A stretch of 64,000 nt of DNA from Octopus sinensis. Its lineage: Eukaryota. This document shows, piece after piece, positions 1 to 9,940 of the stretch. A program made the translations under genes and the position numbers. Each line of letters starts with the position of its first letter. Positions within the stretch are counted from its first letter, which is position 1. The notes beneath the pieces are model-generated. The model searched no databases, was not told where the DNA came from, and saw only the letters and a program-made list of their open reading frames with translations. The stretch spans positions 219,415-283,414 of the forward strand of contig NW_021836179.1 in the NCBI RefSeq assembly GCF_006345805.1. Direction: 5' to 3'.

Positions 1-85
1 TCTACATTACTGCATGTACTTTATATGCACTTTCTGACAAGTTGTGGTGCACCTGAGCACTGGATACAATAATTTCATTATATAT
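1..85 (+). mobile_element. 3' tail of a CR1/L2-like LINE
   Basis: GTTGTGGTGCACCTGAGCACTG followed by an AT-rich tail matches the 3' UTRs of the CR1-like fragments at 29221-29608 and 51495-51950. Confidence 0.6.
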
Positions 86-429
86 ATAAGACGTTGCACA
101 GGCGGTGTTGCTGATATTTTGTTCCCTCTTTTGAATTATACCGGAGACAGAAGTTAATAGTCCTTATCAGAAGTTATTACATTCACAAAACGCCTATCTT
201 CAGATAGGCGTAAACAAAGTCACGTGTGTACGTATACCGAAGGATCACCATTGCTTCTCCTAGCTTTGGTAAAATCCCGGTGAATTATAATGAATTATAA
301 CAAATGAAATAATTCGGACAAAACGAAAGAAGTTTTTAGACATCAATTCATATTTGTCAGTATTAAATCAACGTTTCCCTTTGTGAATCGTTATCTCACT
401 AGGAAAAACTTATTAAAACAATAAAGATA

Positions 430-704
430 TATTTAATATATATTTAAGCAAAGAGTAAATGAGATACGCTACTAAATACACAAATATATTTGAGGTGGGG
501 AAAAAGTAATTGAAGACATGCAATGACGAGATACGAATTGATGTCTGAAGAATAAGAAGCCAAACGAAAGTGGATGTCGCAGAATTTTTGGAATTGGAAA
601 GAAAGGTTTGGAAATCCTAATCTAAGGACGAGAGAGAAACCCGTTTTGCAGTTTGGTCGACGCACTGGTTCACTGCTGAGAAACGGGGACAAACAACGGT
701 AAGT
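430..704 (+). promoter_or_regulatory. Putative non-coding exon 1 of ZNF1, ending at splice donor ACG|GTAAGT (699-704)
   Basis: Consensus donor in non-repetitive sequence upstream of the acceptor at 3100; same two-exon layout as the other ZNF genes here. The 5' boundary is a guess. Confidence 0.45.
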
Positions 705-949
705 CGACGAAGATTTACCTGAATAATAATAAATCTGTAATTACGTTTGTGAATAATAGAATTGTTATTACGTGGAACCCTTTCGACAATTCAGTAATTC
801 TATGCAAGGGAAAACACGTATCAACATTGGAAGGAAGAGATTTGCTCCTGTAAAAGTCGTCGTTTTGGCTGACCATGGGCCGACAGGAAAATACTTCCAA
901 ACTGAAATATTGATCTGTTATTTTCGAAACGACACGCTCCACTATTTGT

Positions 950-1318
950 GGAGGCACTCCGTCGGTTACGACGACGAAGGTTCCGGTTGATCCGAATCAA
1001 CGGAACAGCCTGCTCGTGAAATTAACGTGTAAGTGGCTGAGCACTCCACAGACACGTGTACCCTTAACGTAGTTCTCGGGGATATTCAGCGTGACACAGA
1101 GAGTGACAAGGCCGGCTCTTTTGAAATACAGGTACAACAGAAACAGGAAGTAAGAGTGAGAGAAAGTTGTGGTGAAAGAGTACAGCAGGGATCGTCACCA
1201 CCCCCTGCCGGAGCCTCGTGGAGCTTTAGGTGTTTTCGCTTAATAAACACTCACAACGCCCGGTCTGGGAATCGAAACCGCGAGTCCGCTGCCCTAACCA
1301 CTGGGCCATTGCGCCTCC
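950..1318 (-). mobile_element. tRNA-derived SINE (family with head GGAGGCGCAATGGCCCAGTGG)
   Basis: Minus strand starts with A-box-like TGGCCCAGTGG and B-box-like GGTTTCGATTCC. A related body fragment occurs at ~55390-55470. Confidence 0.65.
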
Positions 1319-1357
1319 GCTCCACTATTACGTGTGATATATAAGGTAAAGTAACGC

Positions 1358-1630
1358 TGTGAGCTAGCAGAAACGTTAGCACGCCGGGCGAAATGCTTTG
1401 CGGTATTTCGCCTGCGTTACGTTGTGAGTTCGAATTCCGCCGAGGTCGACTGTTCCTTTCATCCTTTCGGGGTCGATAAATTAAGTACCAATTACGCACT
1501 GGGGTCGATGTAATCGACTTAATACCTATGTCTGTCCTTGTTTGTCCCCTCTGTGTTTAGCCCCTTGTGGGTAATAAAGAAATAGGTTTTTCGCCTGCCG
1601 TTATGTTCTGAGTTCAAATTCCGCCGAGGT
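1358..1630 (+). mobile_element. tRNA-derived SINE family S1 (octopus OK/OR-type; exact family not verified) plus a partial second copy
   Basis: GAGCTAGCAGAAACGTTAGC...GAGTTCGAATTCCGCCGAGGTCGAC...GTAATAAAGAAATA; more than 15 related copies in the window. Confidence 0.8.
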
Positions 1631-2214
1631 TGAAAATTTAATTTCCTCATGCAGTCGAAGAAGTCAAAGTGTGATTGAAGCTAAAGGACTTCACATTAAA
1701 TATTAAATAATTCCAGTATTCACTGTCATTTTTGATTATTTTGTTATTTTTTCAACCGTTCTGATCATTTTGCACTAAATCATCCATAACTTTTGTATTA
1801 TCCTCTCAAATTACACCCAAATCTCAGACAATAACAATTAATATTGTATTTATTGTCTGTGAAAATTATAGAATATAAAACAATTTTGATAAAAACTTAT
1901 ACCTACTTTTCTGACGAAAACAATGCCGTTCTGAACATTTTGGCTGCAACTGTATATATATATATATATACATATGATGGGCTCCTTTCAGTTTCTGTCA
2001 ACCAAATCCACTCTCAAAGCTTTGGTCAGCCTGAGGCTATAGTAGAAGATATTTGCCCTAGGTGCAACGCAGTGGGACTGAACCCGGGACCATGTTGTTG
2101 GCAAGCAAGCTACTTACCACACAACTGCTCCTGTGCCTATGTTAGTTTTAATTTTTGTCTTTAAGATATTTCTGTATGTATATTTTGTAATAATTGTAAT
2201 GAACTATAGTTCAT

Positions 2215-2700
2215 CATCATCGTTTAACGTCCATTTTCCATGCTAGCATGGGTTGGACGGTTCATCTGGGGTCTGGACAGTTCATAAGGCGGCGAGCTTG
2301 CAGAATCGTTAGCACGTCGGGCGAAATGCTTAGCGGTATTTCGTCTACTGTTACGTTGTGAGTTCAAATTCCGCTGAGGTCGACTTTGCCTTTCATCCTT
2401 TCGGGGTCGATAAATTAAGTACCAGTTATGCACTGGGGTCGATGTAATCGACTTAATACCTATGTCTGTCCATGTTTGTCCCCTCTATGTTCAGCCCCTT
2501 GTGGGTAATAAAGAAATAGGTTCATCTGGGGTCTGGGAAGCCAGGGGCTGCGCCAGGCTCCAGTCTGATCTGGCAGTGTTTCTACAGCTGGATGCCCTTC
2601 CTAACGCCAACCTCGCCATGAGTGTAGTGGGTGCTTTTTATGTGCCACCTGCACAGGTGCCAGATGAGGCTGGCAAACGGTCACGATCAGATCGTGCTTT
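2215..2700 (-). mobile_element. RTE-type 3' end/RTE-dependent SINE with an S1 SINE nested at 2288-2519 (+)
   Basis: (CAT)n-CGTTTAACGTCC tail identical in type to the RTE LINE at 17601-18982; interrupted by a full S1 SINE. Confidence 0.75.
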
Positions 2701-3080
2701 TTTTTACAGAATATACACATCAAAGTATCTTTATGGCCGCCATATGAAGCGTTAAAGAGCTGTATGTGTTGAGAAACATGGGTTAACAATAAGCCACGGT
2801 GAAAGCCATAATATGGTCTCTTCATCTCAAAGAAAAAGTCACGGGGTCGATTTGCTCGACTAAAGGCGGTGCTCCAGCATGGCCGCAGTCAAATGACTGA
2901 AACAAGTAAAAGAGTAAAAGAATAGATATACATATAGGCATGCATGGATACACACAATTTGAAGCTGTATCTATAGTTTACAAATTTTTACATTTCACCC
3001 AATGTTATATGATGTCATTTGTTAATTAATAAACAAATGTTGTAACATTTCTCTTTTGATCTCTCCTCTCTATCTAAATA

Positions 3081-3100
3081 CTGTTTCTTTATTATTTCAG
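3081..3100 (+). promoter_or_regulatory. Splice acceptor of the ZNF1 coding exon (TTTCTTTATTATTTCAG|ATTCACAGATGACATTGGC)
   Basis: The same acceptor and exon start recur on the minus strand ahead of ZNF-A (32396), A' (43705), B' (51489) and C (58557). Confidence 0.75.
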
Positions 3101-3681
3101 ATTCACAGATGACATTGGCACAAAACATCTTTTGTACATTGGATACATCTGGAATATCTATCATGTCTTAAAGACTAAAGGAAAATGTCTTAACGAACGA
3201 ATATAATAACCCAACTGCTATAAATCCAGGATTGAATTACTGTGAAATATTTGCTCTGAGCAACAATTCATAGCAACATATCTCCATCTCCTTACCTGTT
3301 GCTTTTGCATTCTAATTAAACTTGAATATATTTCTAAAGGGGTTTGCAGCATCTTTAGATATTGATAATGATCACAGTTGATAGCAGTAGAAATATTTCT
3401 GAGGAATAAATTATTACAAAAGAACAAGAAAAAGGAAATTATATGATTTGGTCAGAGAAGAAAGATAAAGGAAAAATTTAATACTGTGAGAAACTTCAAT
3501 GGTTGGATTGCTATGAAATATCTGCTCTCACCTGAGATTCATAGCAACATTTCTCCATCTCATTACCTGGTGCTTTGGCATTCTAATTAAACATATTTTT
3601 AAAGGTGTTTGCAGCATCTTTAGGTATCAGTGAAGATCACAGTTGACAGCAGTGGATTGGGTTTTTGTGTTCTTTGAAGAG

Positions 3682-4461
3682 ATGTCGAAAAAGTTATGCA
3701 AGACATCATATCACTGTGAAATTTGTGGTAAATTATTCTCAAGAGATATTGACTTAACTAGACACATACGTATTCATACAGGAGAGAGACCGTTTCACTG
3801 TGAGGTCTGTGGTAAATCTTTCTCTCGAAGCAGTGTATTGACTATACACAAACGTATTCATACAGGAGAGAAACCATATCATTGCGATATCTGTGATAAA
3901 GCATTCTCTGAAAATGCTAACTTAAGTAGACACAAGCGCATTCATTCAGGAGAGAAACCATATCAGTGTGATATCTGTGGTAAATCTTTCTGTCGAAGCA
4001 GTGACTTAACTTCACACAAACCTATTCATACCGGAGAGAAATCATTTCACTGTGATATCTGTGGTAAATCATTCTCTCAAAACAGTGTTTTAATTAACCA
4101 CAAACGTATTCATACAGGGAAGAAGCCATATCACTGTGTTATCTGTAGTAAATTATTCTCTGGAAATAGTGACTTAACTAAACACATACGTATGCATACA
4201 GGAGAGAAACCATTTCACTGTGATATCTGTGGTAAATCATTCTCAGAAAATAGTGTTTTAACTAAACACAAGCGTACTCACACAGGGGAGAAACCTTATC
4301 ACTGTGATGTATGTAGTAAATCATTCTCTCAAAGTCCTAACTTAACTAAACACAAACGTATTCATACAGGAGAGAAACCATTTCACTGTGCTATCTGTGG
4401 TAAATCATTTGCTCAAAAATGTAACTTAACTACACATATATCTATCCATACAAAAGTTTGA
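3682..4461 (+). CDS. ZNF1: tandem C2H2 zinc-finger protein, 9 fingers, ~259 aa, no KRAB/BTB/SCAN domain
   Basis: Nine CxxC-x12-HxxxH motifs with TGEKP-type linkers. The ORF-track start at 3643 is TTG; first ATG is 3682. Confidence 0.9.
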   Translation: MSKKLCKTSYHCEICGKLFSRDIDLTRHIRIHTGERPFHCEVCGKSFSRSSVLTIHKRIHTGEKPYHCDICDKAFSENANLSRHKRIHSGEKPYQCDICGKSFCRSSDLTSHKPIHTGEKSFHCDICGKSFSQNSVLINHKRIHTGKKPYHCVICSKLFSGNSDLTKHIRMHTGEKPFHCDICGKSFSENSVLTKHKRTHTGEKPYHCDVCSKSFSQSPNLTKHKRIHTGEKPFHCAICGKSFAQKCNLTTHISIHTKV

Positions 4462-4494
4462 CTGTGTCACTGCTAAAGTTCAGTATGCATTCAA

Positions 4495-4690
4495 TGCCAG
4501 CCCCTCTCGCCCCTGTGCCGGTGGCATGTAAAAAGCACCTACTACACTCTCAGAGTGGTTGGTGTTTAGGAGGGGCATCATGCTGTAGAGACACTGCTAG
4601 ATCAGATTAGGGCCTGGAGCAGCCTCCTGGCTCCTCAGACCCCAGTCGAACTGTCCAACCCATGCCAGCATGGAAAACAGATGTTAAACA

Positions 4691-4727
<37 letters not shown>
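4495..4727 (+). mobile_element. RTE-type 3' end with (GAT)n tail
   Basis: GTGGCATGTAAAAAGCACC...CCAACCCATGCCAGCATGG...(GAT)n. Confidence 0.75.
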
Positions 4728-4824
4728 CAGCATCAAAATTTTATAACAGCATTTCCCTTCTAAACTATGTATTAGCTTTTGTGGATTTAACTATAATCAC
4801 ACAGCGATAATCATACTCATGATC

Positions 4825-4844
4825 AAGAGAGAGAGAGAGGTGGG

Positions 4845-4887
<43 letters not shown>

Positions 4888-4905
4888 AGAGACAGAGAGA
4901 AAGGA
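4825..4905. repeat. (GA)n microsatellite
   Basis: Direct inspection. Confidence 0.9.
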
Positions 4906-5060
4906 GAGGATAAGTGAAAACAAAAACAATACACAAAGCAAGTGTGTGCAATAAACATTGAGGATTGTCAAATTTGAAGACCAACAATACACAACAAACT
5001 AGGCTGATTGTTATGTGTGTGTGTGTGTGTGTGTGTGCATGTATGTATGTATTAATGTAT

Positions 5061-5441
5061 ACTCTTTTACTCTTTTACTTGTTTCAGTCATTTGACTGCG
5101 GCCATGCTGGAGCACCGCCTTTAGTCGAGCAACTCGATCCCGGGACTTATTCTTTTGTAAGCCCAGTACTCATTCTATCGGTCTCTTTTGCCAAACCGCT
5201 AAGTGACGGGGACGTAAACACACCAGCATCGGTTGTCAAGCAATGCTAGGGAGACAAACACAGACACATATATATACATATATATACGACGGGCTTCTTT
5301 CAGTTTCCGTCTACCAAATCCACTCACAAGGCATTGGTCGGCCCGGGGCTATAGCAGAAGACACTTGCCCAAGATGCCACGCAGTGGGACTGAACCCGGA
5401 ACCATGTGGTTGGTTAGCAAGCTACTTACCACACAGCCACT
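5061..5441 (-). mobile_element. tRNA-derived SINE family S2 (head GGCGCAGGAGTGGCTGTGTGGTAAG), ~400 bp
   Basis: Reverse complement of the S2 copy at 5690-6140; B-box-like GGTTCAGTCCC; tail GAAACAAGTAAAAGAGT. Confidence 0.85.
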
Positions 5442-5443
5442 AA

Positions 5444-5582
5444 ATGCAAAGGATTTTGTGGTACATATGTTTCTGGCTTTATTGAGCAATTTATATCAAT
5501 GTATAATTGATATAATTGATTATGCATTGATATAAATTGCTCAATAATGCCAGAAACATATGTACCACAAAATCCTTTGCAT
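5444..5582. other. Near-perfect inverted repeat: 58-bp arms (5444-5501 and 5525-5582), 1 mismatch, 23-nt loop
   Basis: ATGCAAAGGATTTTGTGGTACATATGTTTCTGGCTTTATTGAGCAATTTATATCAATG is followed by its reverse complement. Confidence 0.95.
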
Positions 5583-5689
5583 CCTGTTTTTTCTTTTGAT
5601 AAATATATCCTATCACCTACACCACTAGCTGGCATATACAGGTGCTTACAGTTATCAAGTATTCACCCTGAATTTTTTGTACCTATATA

Positions 5690-5860
5690 GGCGCAGGAGT
5701 GGCTGTGTGGTAAGTAGCTTGCTAACCAACCACATAGTTCCAGGTTCAGTCCCACTGCGTGGCATCTTGGGCTGGTGTCTTCTGCTATAGCCCCGGGCCG
5801 ACCAATGCCTTGTGAGTGGATTTGGTAGACGGAAACTGAAAGAAGCCCGTCATATATATG

Positions 5861-5932
<72 letters not shown>

Positions 5933-6140
5933 TGTGTTTGTGTGTCTGTGTTTGTCCCCCTAGCATTGCTTGACAACCGATGCTGGTGTCTTTACGTCCC
6001 CGTCACTTAGTGGTTCGGCAACAGAGACCGATAGAATAAGTACTGGGATTACAAAGAATAGGTCCCGGGGTCGATTTGCTTGACTAAAGGCGGTGCCCCA
6101 GCATGGCCGCAGTCAAATGACTGAAACAAGTAAAAGAGTA
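5690..6140 (+). mobile_element. S2 SINE, full length, with expanded internal (TA)n
   Basis: Head at 5690, (TA)n ~5868-5927, tail at ~6140. Confidence 0.85.
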
Positions 6141-6501
6141 TACTTAAATGCATAGCTAAGTTTCAGCTAGAACCACCCTGGGACATGGTTAATGTAGAGA
6201 CCCCATTTGGAAACAAGAATCAATGATGTTTCACATTACAGTTGTTCTGGGGGCACCATAACCCATTTGAGTAAAGGGTTATTGTCTGCAGTGATAGATC
6301 TGGGTGTATAGGGTGGAACTGAAATTTGTTGGAGATATTCACCCAGGAACCATTTCGATATCATAATTTGTTTCTTCTTCTTCTCCTATGTGTCTTGGCA
6401 TGATGTTAAAGAGAGGACGGTTGGCATAAGGACCAAGCTGATGCTGTTGGTGGTGACCCAGCAGGGTCATGAAGTTGATGGCGAAAAACTTAAAACATTA
6501 A

Positions 6502-8068
6502 CCCCTTACCCAACAATTATTTTGAAAATAAATGTATTTTTTCAGACATATTTTTTAATTGTTTTATTTCACTATGTTTTGAATGGTGATTTCGAGGTAT
6601 ATTTCAAACCTTATGTCAAAAAAGAGTTTATAATAGACGAAGGAACTTGTTAAGGTATATTTCAAACTTATGTCAAAAAAGAGTTTATAATAGACGAAGG
6701 AACTTGTTAAGGTATATTTCAAACTTATGTCAAAAAAGAGTTTATAATAGACGAAGGAACTTGTTAAGGTATATTTCAAATTTATGTCAAAAAAGAGTTT
6801 ATAATAGACGAAGGAACTTGTTAAGGTATATTTCAAACTTATGTCAAAAAAGAGTTTATAATAGACGAAGGAACTCGTTAAGGTATATTTCAAACTTACG
6901 TCAAAAAAGAGTTTATAATATACGAAGGAACTCGTTAAGGTATATTTCAAACTTATGTCAAAAAAGACTTTATAATAGACAAAGGAACTTGTTAAGGTAT
7001 ATTTCAAACTTATGTCAAAAAAGACTTTATAATATACGAGGAACTCGTTAAGGTATATTTCAAACTTACGTCAAAAAAGAGTTTATAATATACGAAGGAA
7101 CTCGTTAAGGTATATTTCAAACTTATGTCAAAAAAGAGTTTATAATAGACGAAGGAACTCGTTAAGGTATATTTCAAACTTATGTCAAAAAAGAGTTTAT
7201 AATAGACGAAGGAACTCGTTAAGGTATATTTCAAACTTATGTCAAAAAAGAGTTTATAATATACGAAGGAACTCGTTAAGGTATATTTCAAACTTATGTC
7301 AAAAAAGAGTTTATAATAGACGAAGGAACTTGTTAAGGTATATTTCAAATTTATGTCAAAAAAGAGTTTATAATAGACGAAGGAACTCGTTAAGGTATAT
7401 TTCAAACTTATGTCAAAAAAGAGTTTATAATAGACAAAGGAACTTGTTAAGGTATATTTCAAATTTATGTCAAAAAAGAGTTTATAATAGACGAAGGAAC
7501 TCGTTAAGGTATATTTCAAACTTATGTCAAAAAAGAGTTTATAATAGACAAAGGAACTTGTTAAGGTATATTTCAAACTTATGTCAAAAAAGAGTTTATA
7601 ATAGACGAAGGAACTCGTTAAGGTATATTTCAAACTTATGTCAAAAAAGAGTTTATAATAGACGAAGGAACTTGTTAAGGTATATTTCAAATTTATGTCA
7701 AAAAAGAGTTTATAATAGACAAAGGAACTTGTTAAGGTATATTTCAAACTTATGTCAAAAAAGAGTTTATAATAGACGAAGGAACTCGTTAAGGTATATT
7801 TCAAACTTATGTCAAAAAAGAGTTTATAATAGACGAAGTAACTCGTTAAGGTATATTTCAAACCTTATGTCAAAAAAGAGTTTATTATAGAGGAAGGAAC
7901 TCGTTAAGGTATATTTCAAACCTTATGTCAAAAAAGAGTTTATAATAGACGAAGGAACTCGTTTGCTGTCGATTTTGGCGAGTCTATCTTTTGACGAGTT
8001 AACTCGCCAGAGATAGAAAAAAACGATTTCGGTCAAAACGCATATATTCGTTTCTGCCGGGTAAGGGG
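6502..8068. mobile_element. piggyBac-type non-autonomous element: TTAA target sites (6498-6501, 8069-8072), TIR CCCCTTACCC
   Basis: TTAA-CCCCTTACCC ... GGGTAAGGGG-TTAA. TTAA duplication and CCC termini are piggyBac hallmarks; no transposase inside. Confidence 0.75.
6592..7961. repeat. 57-bp tandem repeat, ~24 copies
   Basis: Unit TTAAGGTATATTTCAAACTTATGTCAAAAAAGAGTTTATAATAGACGAAGGAACTCG; gives 19-aa periodic ORFs on both strands. Confidence 0.95.
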
Positions 8069-8599
8069 TTAAATGATACGCATTCTGATAGAAAAGACGC
8101 ACATCTTTGTTGTTTCAATTTTTTTATTCCGGGGACAAGAAAAGGAGATAAAACAAAACAATTAGTTGGAGAGAATATTTAACAAATAAACAATTATGTT
8201 TTTAATAAATGACAATTCAAACTAATGTATAACATGATGGTGATGGTTTTTGTGGTGGCGGTGGTGGTGGGGATGTGAATACTTGCATTTTGGGGACCAA
8301 TGTGTAAACAAAACCCTTGAGTTGTTGAGTAAATGTAAATGAATGCTTTATCAGTTGGAAACAACTGGAATTATTTCAAAATGGATTTTGAGATCTTAAG
8401 AGGGAGGAAGTGAAAATCAAATCCAAATAACAACAGGAGTGTCTTTGTGATAAGAGGCTTGCTTCCCAACTACATGGTTCCAGGTTCAGTCCCACTGGGT
8501 GGCACCTTAAGCAAGTGTCATCTACTATAACCAAAGCTTTGTGAGTGGCTTTGGTAGACAGACACAGAAAGAAGTCCATCCTGAATATATGAGTGTGTG

Positions 8600-8635
8600 T
8601 TTGTGTATATATGTATATACATATATATATGTATG

Positions 8636-8678
<43 letters not shown>

Positions 8679-8748
8679 TGATAAATATATGAGTGCAATT
8701 ATGAAGGTGTTTAATCTGTTCTAGTGCATGTGTGTGTGTGTATGTATG

Positions 8749-8818
<70 letters not shown>

Positions 8819-8870
8819 TATAGATAGATAGATAGGTAGATAGATAGATAGATAGATAGATAGATATAGA
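8600..8870. repeat. Compound (TA)n/(TG)n/(GATA)n microsatellite
   Basis: Direct inspection. Confidence 0.9.
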
Positions 8871-9024
8871 GTTAAACGTGGGTATTGTTCAAATTCTTTT
8901 ACTTCCTGGTACCTGTTTATGTATTTTTTCCGTGTTAATTGTTAACAAGGAAAAATACTCATTCATTTATATATATATATATCATCATCATCGATTAACG
9001 TCTGCTCTCCATGCTAGCATGGGT

Positions 9025-9069
<45 letters not shown>

Positions 9070-9077
<8 letters not shown>

Positions 9078-9940
9078 TGTGCATCTGTGACTGTCCACCC
9101 TCACCATCGTTTGAGAACCAGTGTTGCTGTGTTTACACCCCTATAACTTGGCAGTTCAGCAAAAAAGACCAATAGAAAAACTACTAAGCTTACAAAGAGT
9201 AAGTCCTCGGATCGATTTCTTCTACTAAAGGTGGTGCTCCAGCATGACCACATTCAAATTACTGAAGCAAGTAAAGGAATAAGAGAATACATATGTGCAC
9301 ACATACATATAAGTTAGTTCCTGGTAGATTATTTCCAGAGAAACCCAACCTGAGCTCTGGGCTGTTGGATTCCAGACCAATACCAAAATTCTTCAAGCGT
9401 AAGAAATGCCGGTTTCACAACAGTAACACCATAGTTATGTTACTATCATACACAAACATGTATATATATACATACATGTGTATATATAAACATGTGAGTG
9501 TGTATGTGTATATATATACACACATATATATATATATATACATACGTATATAAAAATAAGCATATCTATATATATGTGTGTATTTATGAGAAGGTTGTAT
9601 GTTATTTCAGGAAAATTTCTTTATTATTTCTAACAAGACTATGGCTATGCTGGAGCACTGCCTTTAATTGAGGAAATCGACCCCAGGATTTTTTCTTTGT
9701 AAGCCTAGTACTTATTCTATCAGTCTCTTTTGCTAAACTGCTAAGCTATGGGGAACATATACACACACATACACATATATATACAATGGGCTTCTTTCAG
9801 TTTCCATCTACCAAATCTACTTACAAGGCTTTGGTTGGCCCCAGGCTATAGTAGGAGTCACTTGTGCAAGGTGCCACACAGTGGGACTGAACCCAGAGCC
9901 ATGTGGTTGGTAAGCAATCTACTTACTACAGAGCCACTCC
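9070..9940. mobile_element. Two diverged S2 SINE pieces in opposite orientation (~9070-9290 +, ~9630-9940 -)
   Basis: Degenerate matches to the S2 body/tail and head. Confidence 0.65.

Noticed and set aside
1033-1499. Short ORFs overlapping SINEs (also 5233-5535, 27677-28198, 36981-37431, 48169-48680, 62246-62548)
   Set aside because: They lie within SINE or RTE-UTR repeats and recur with inconsistent frames; only the mariner part near 28036-28490 is real coding remnant.
1700-1954. Possible Tc1-type element ending ...GGCTGCAACTG-TA
   Set aside because: Only one terminus is visible, with no matching left TIR or transposase.
6564-7890. Long ORFs on both strands with 19-aa periodicity
   Set aside because: They are translations of the 57-bp tandem repeat inside a MITE, with no unique coding sequence or gene context.
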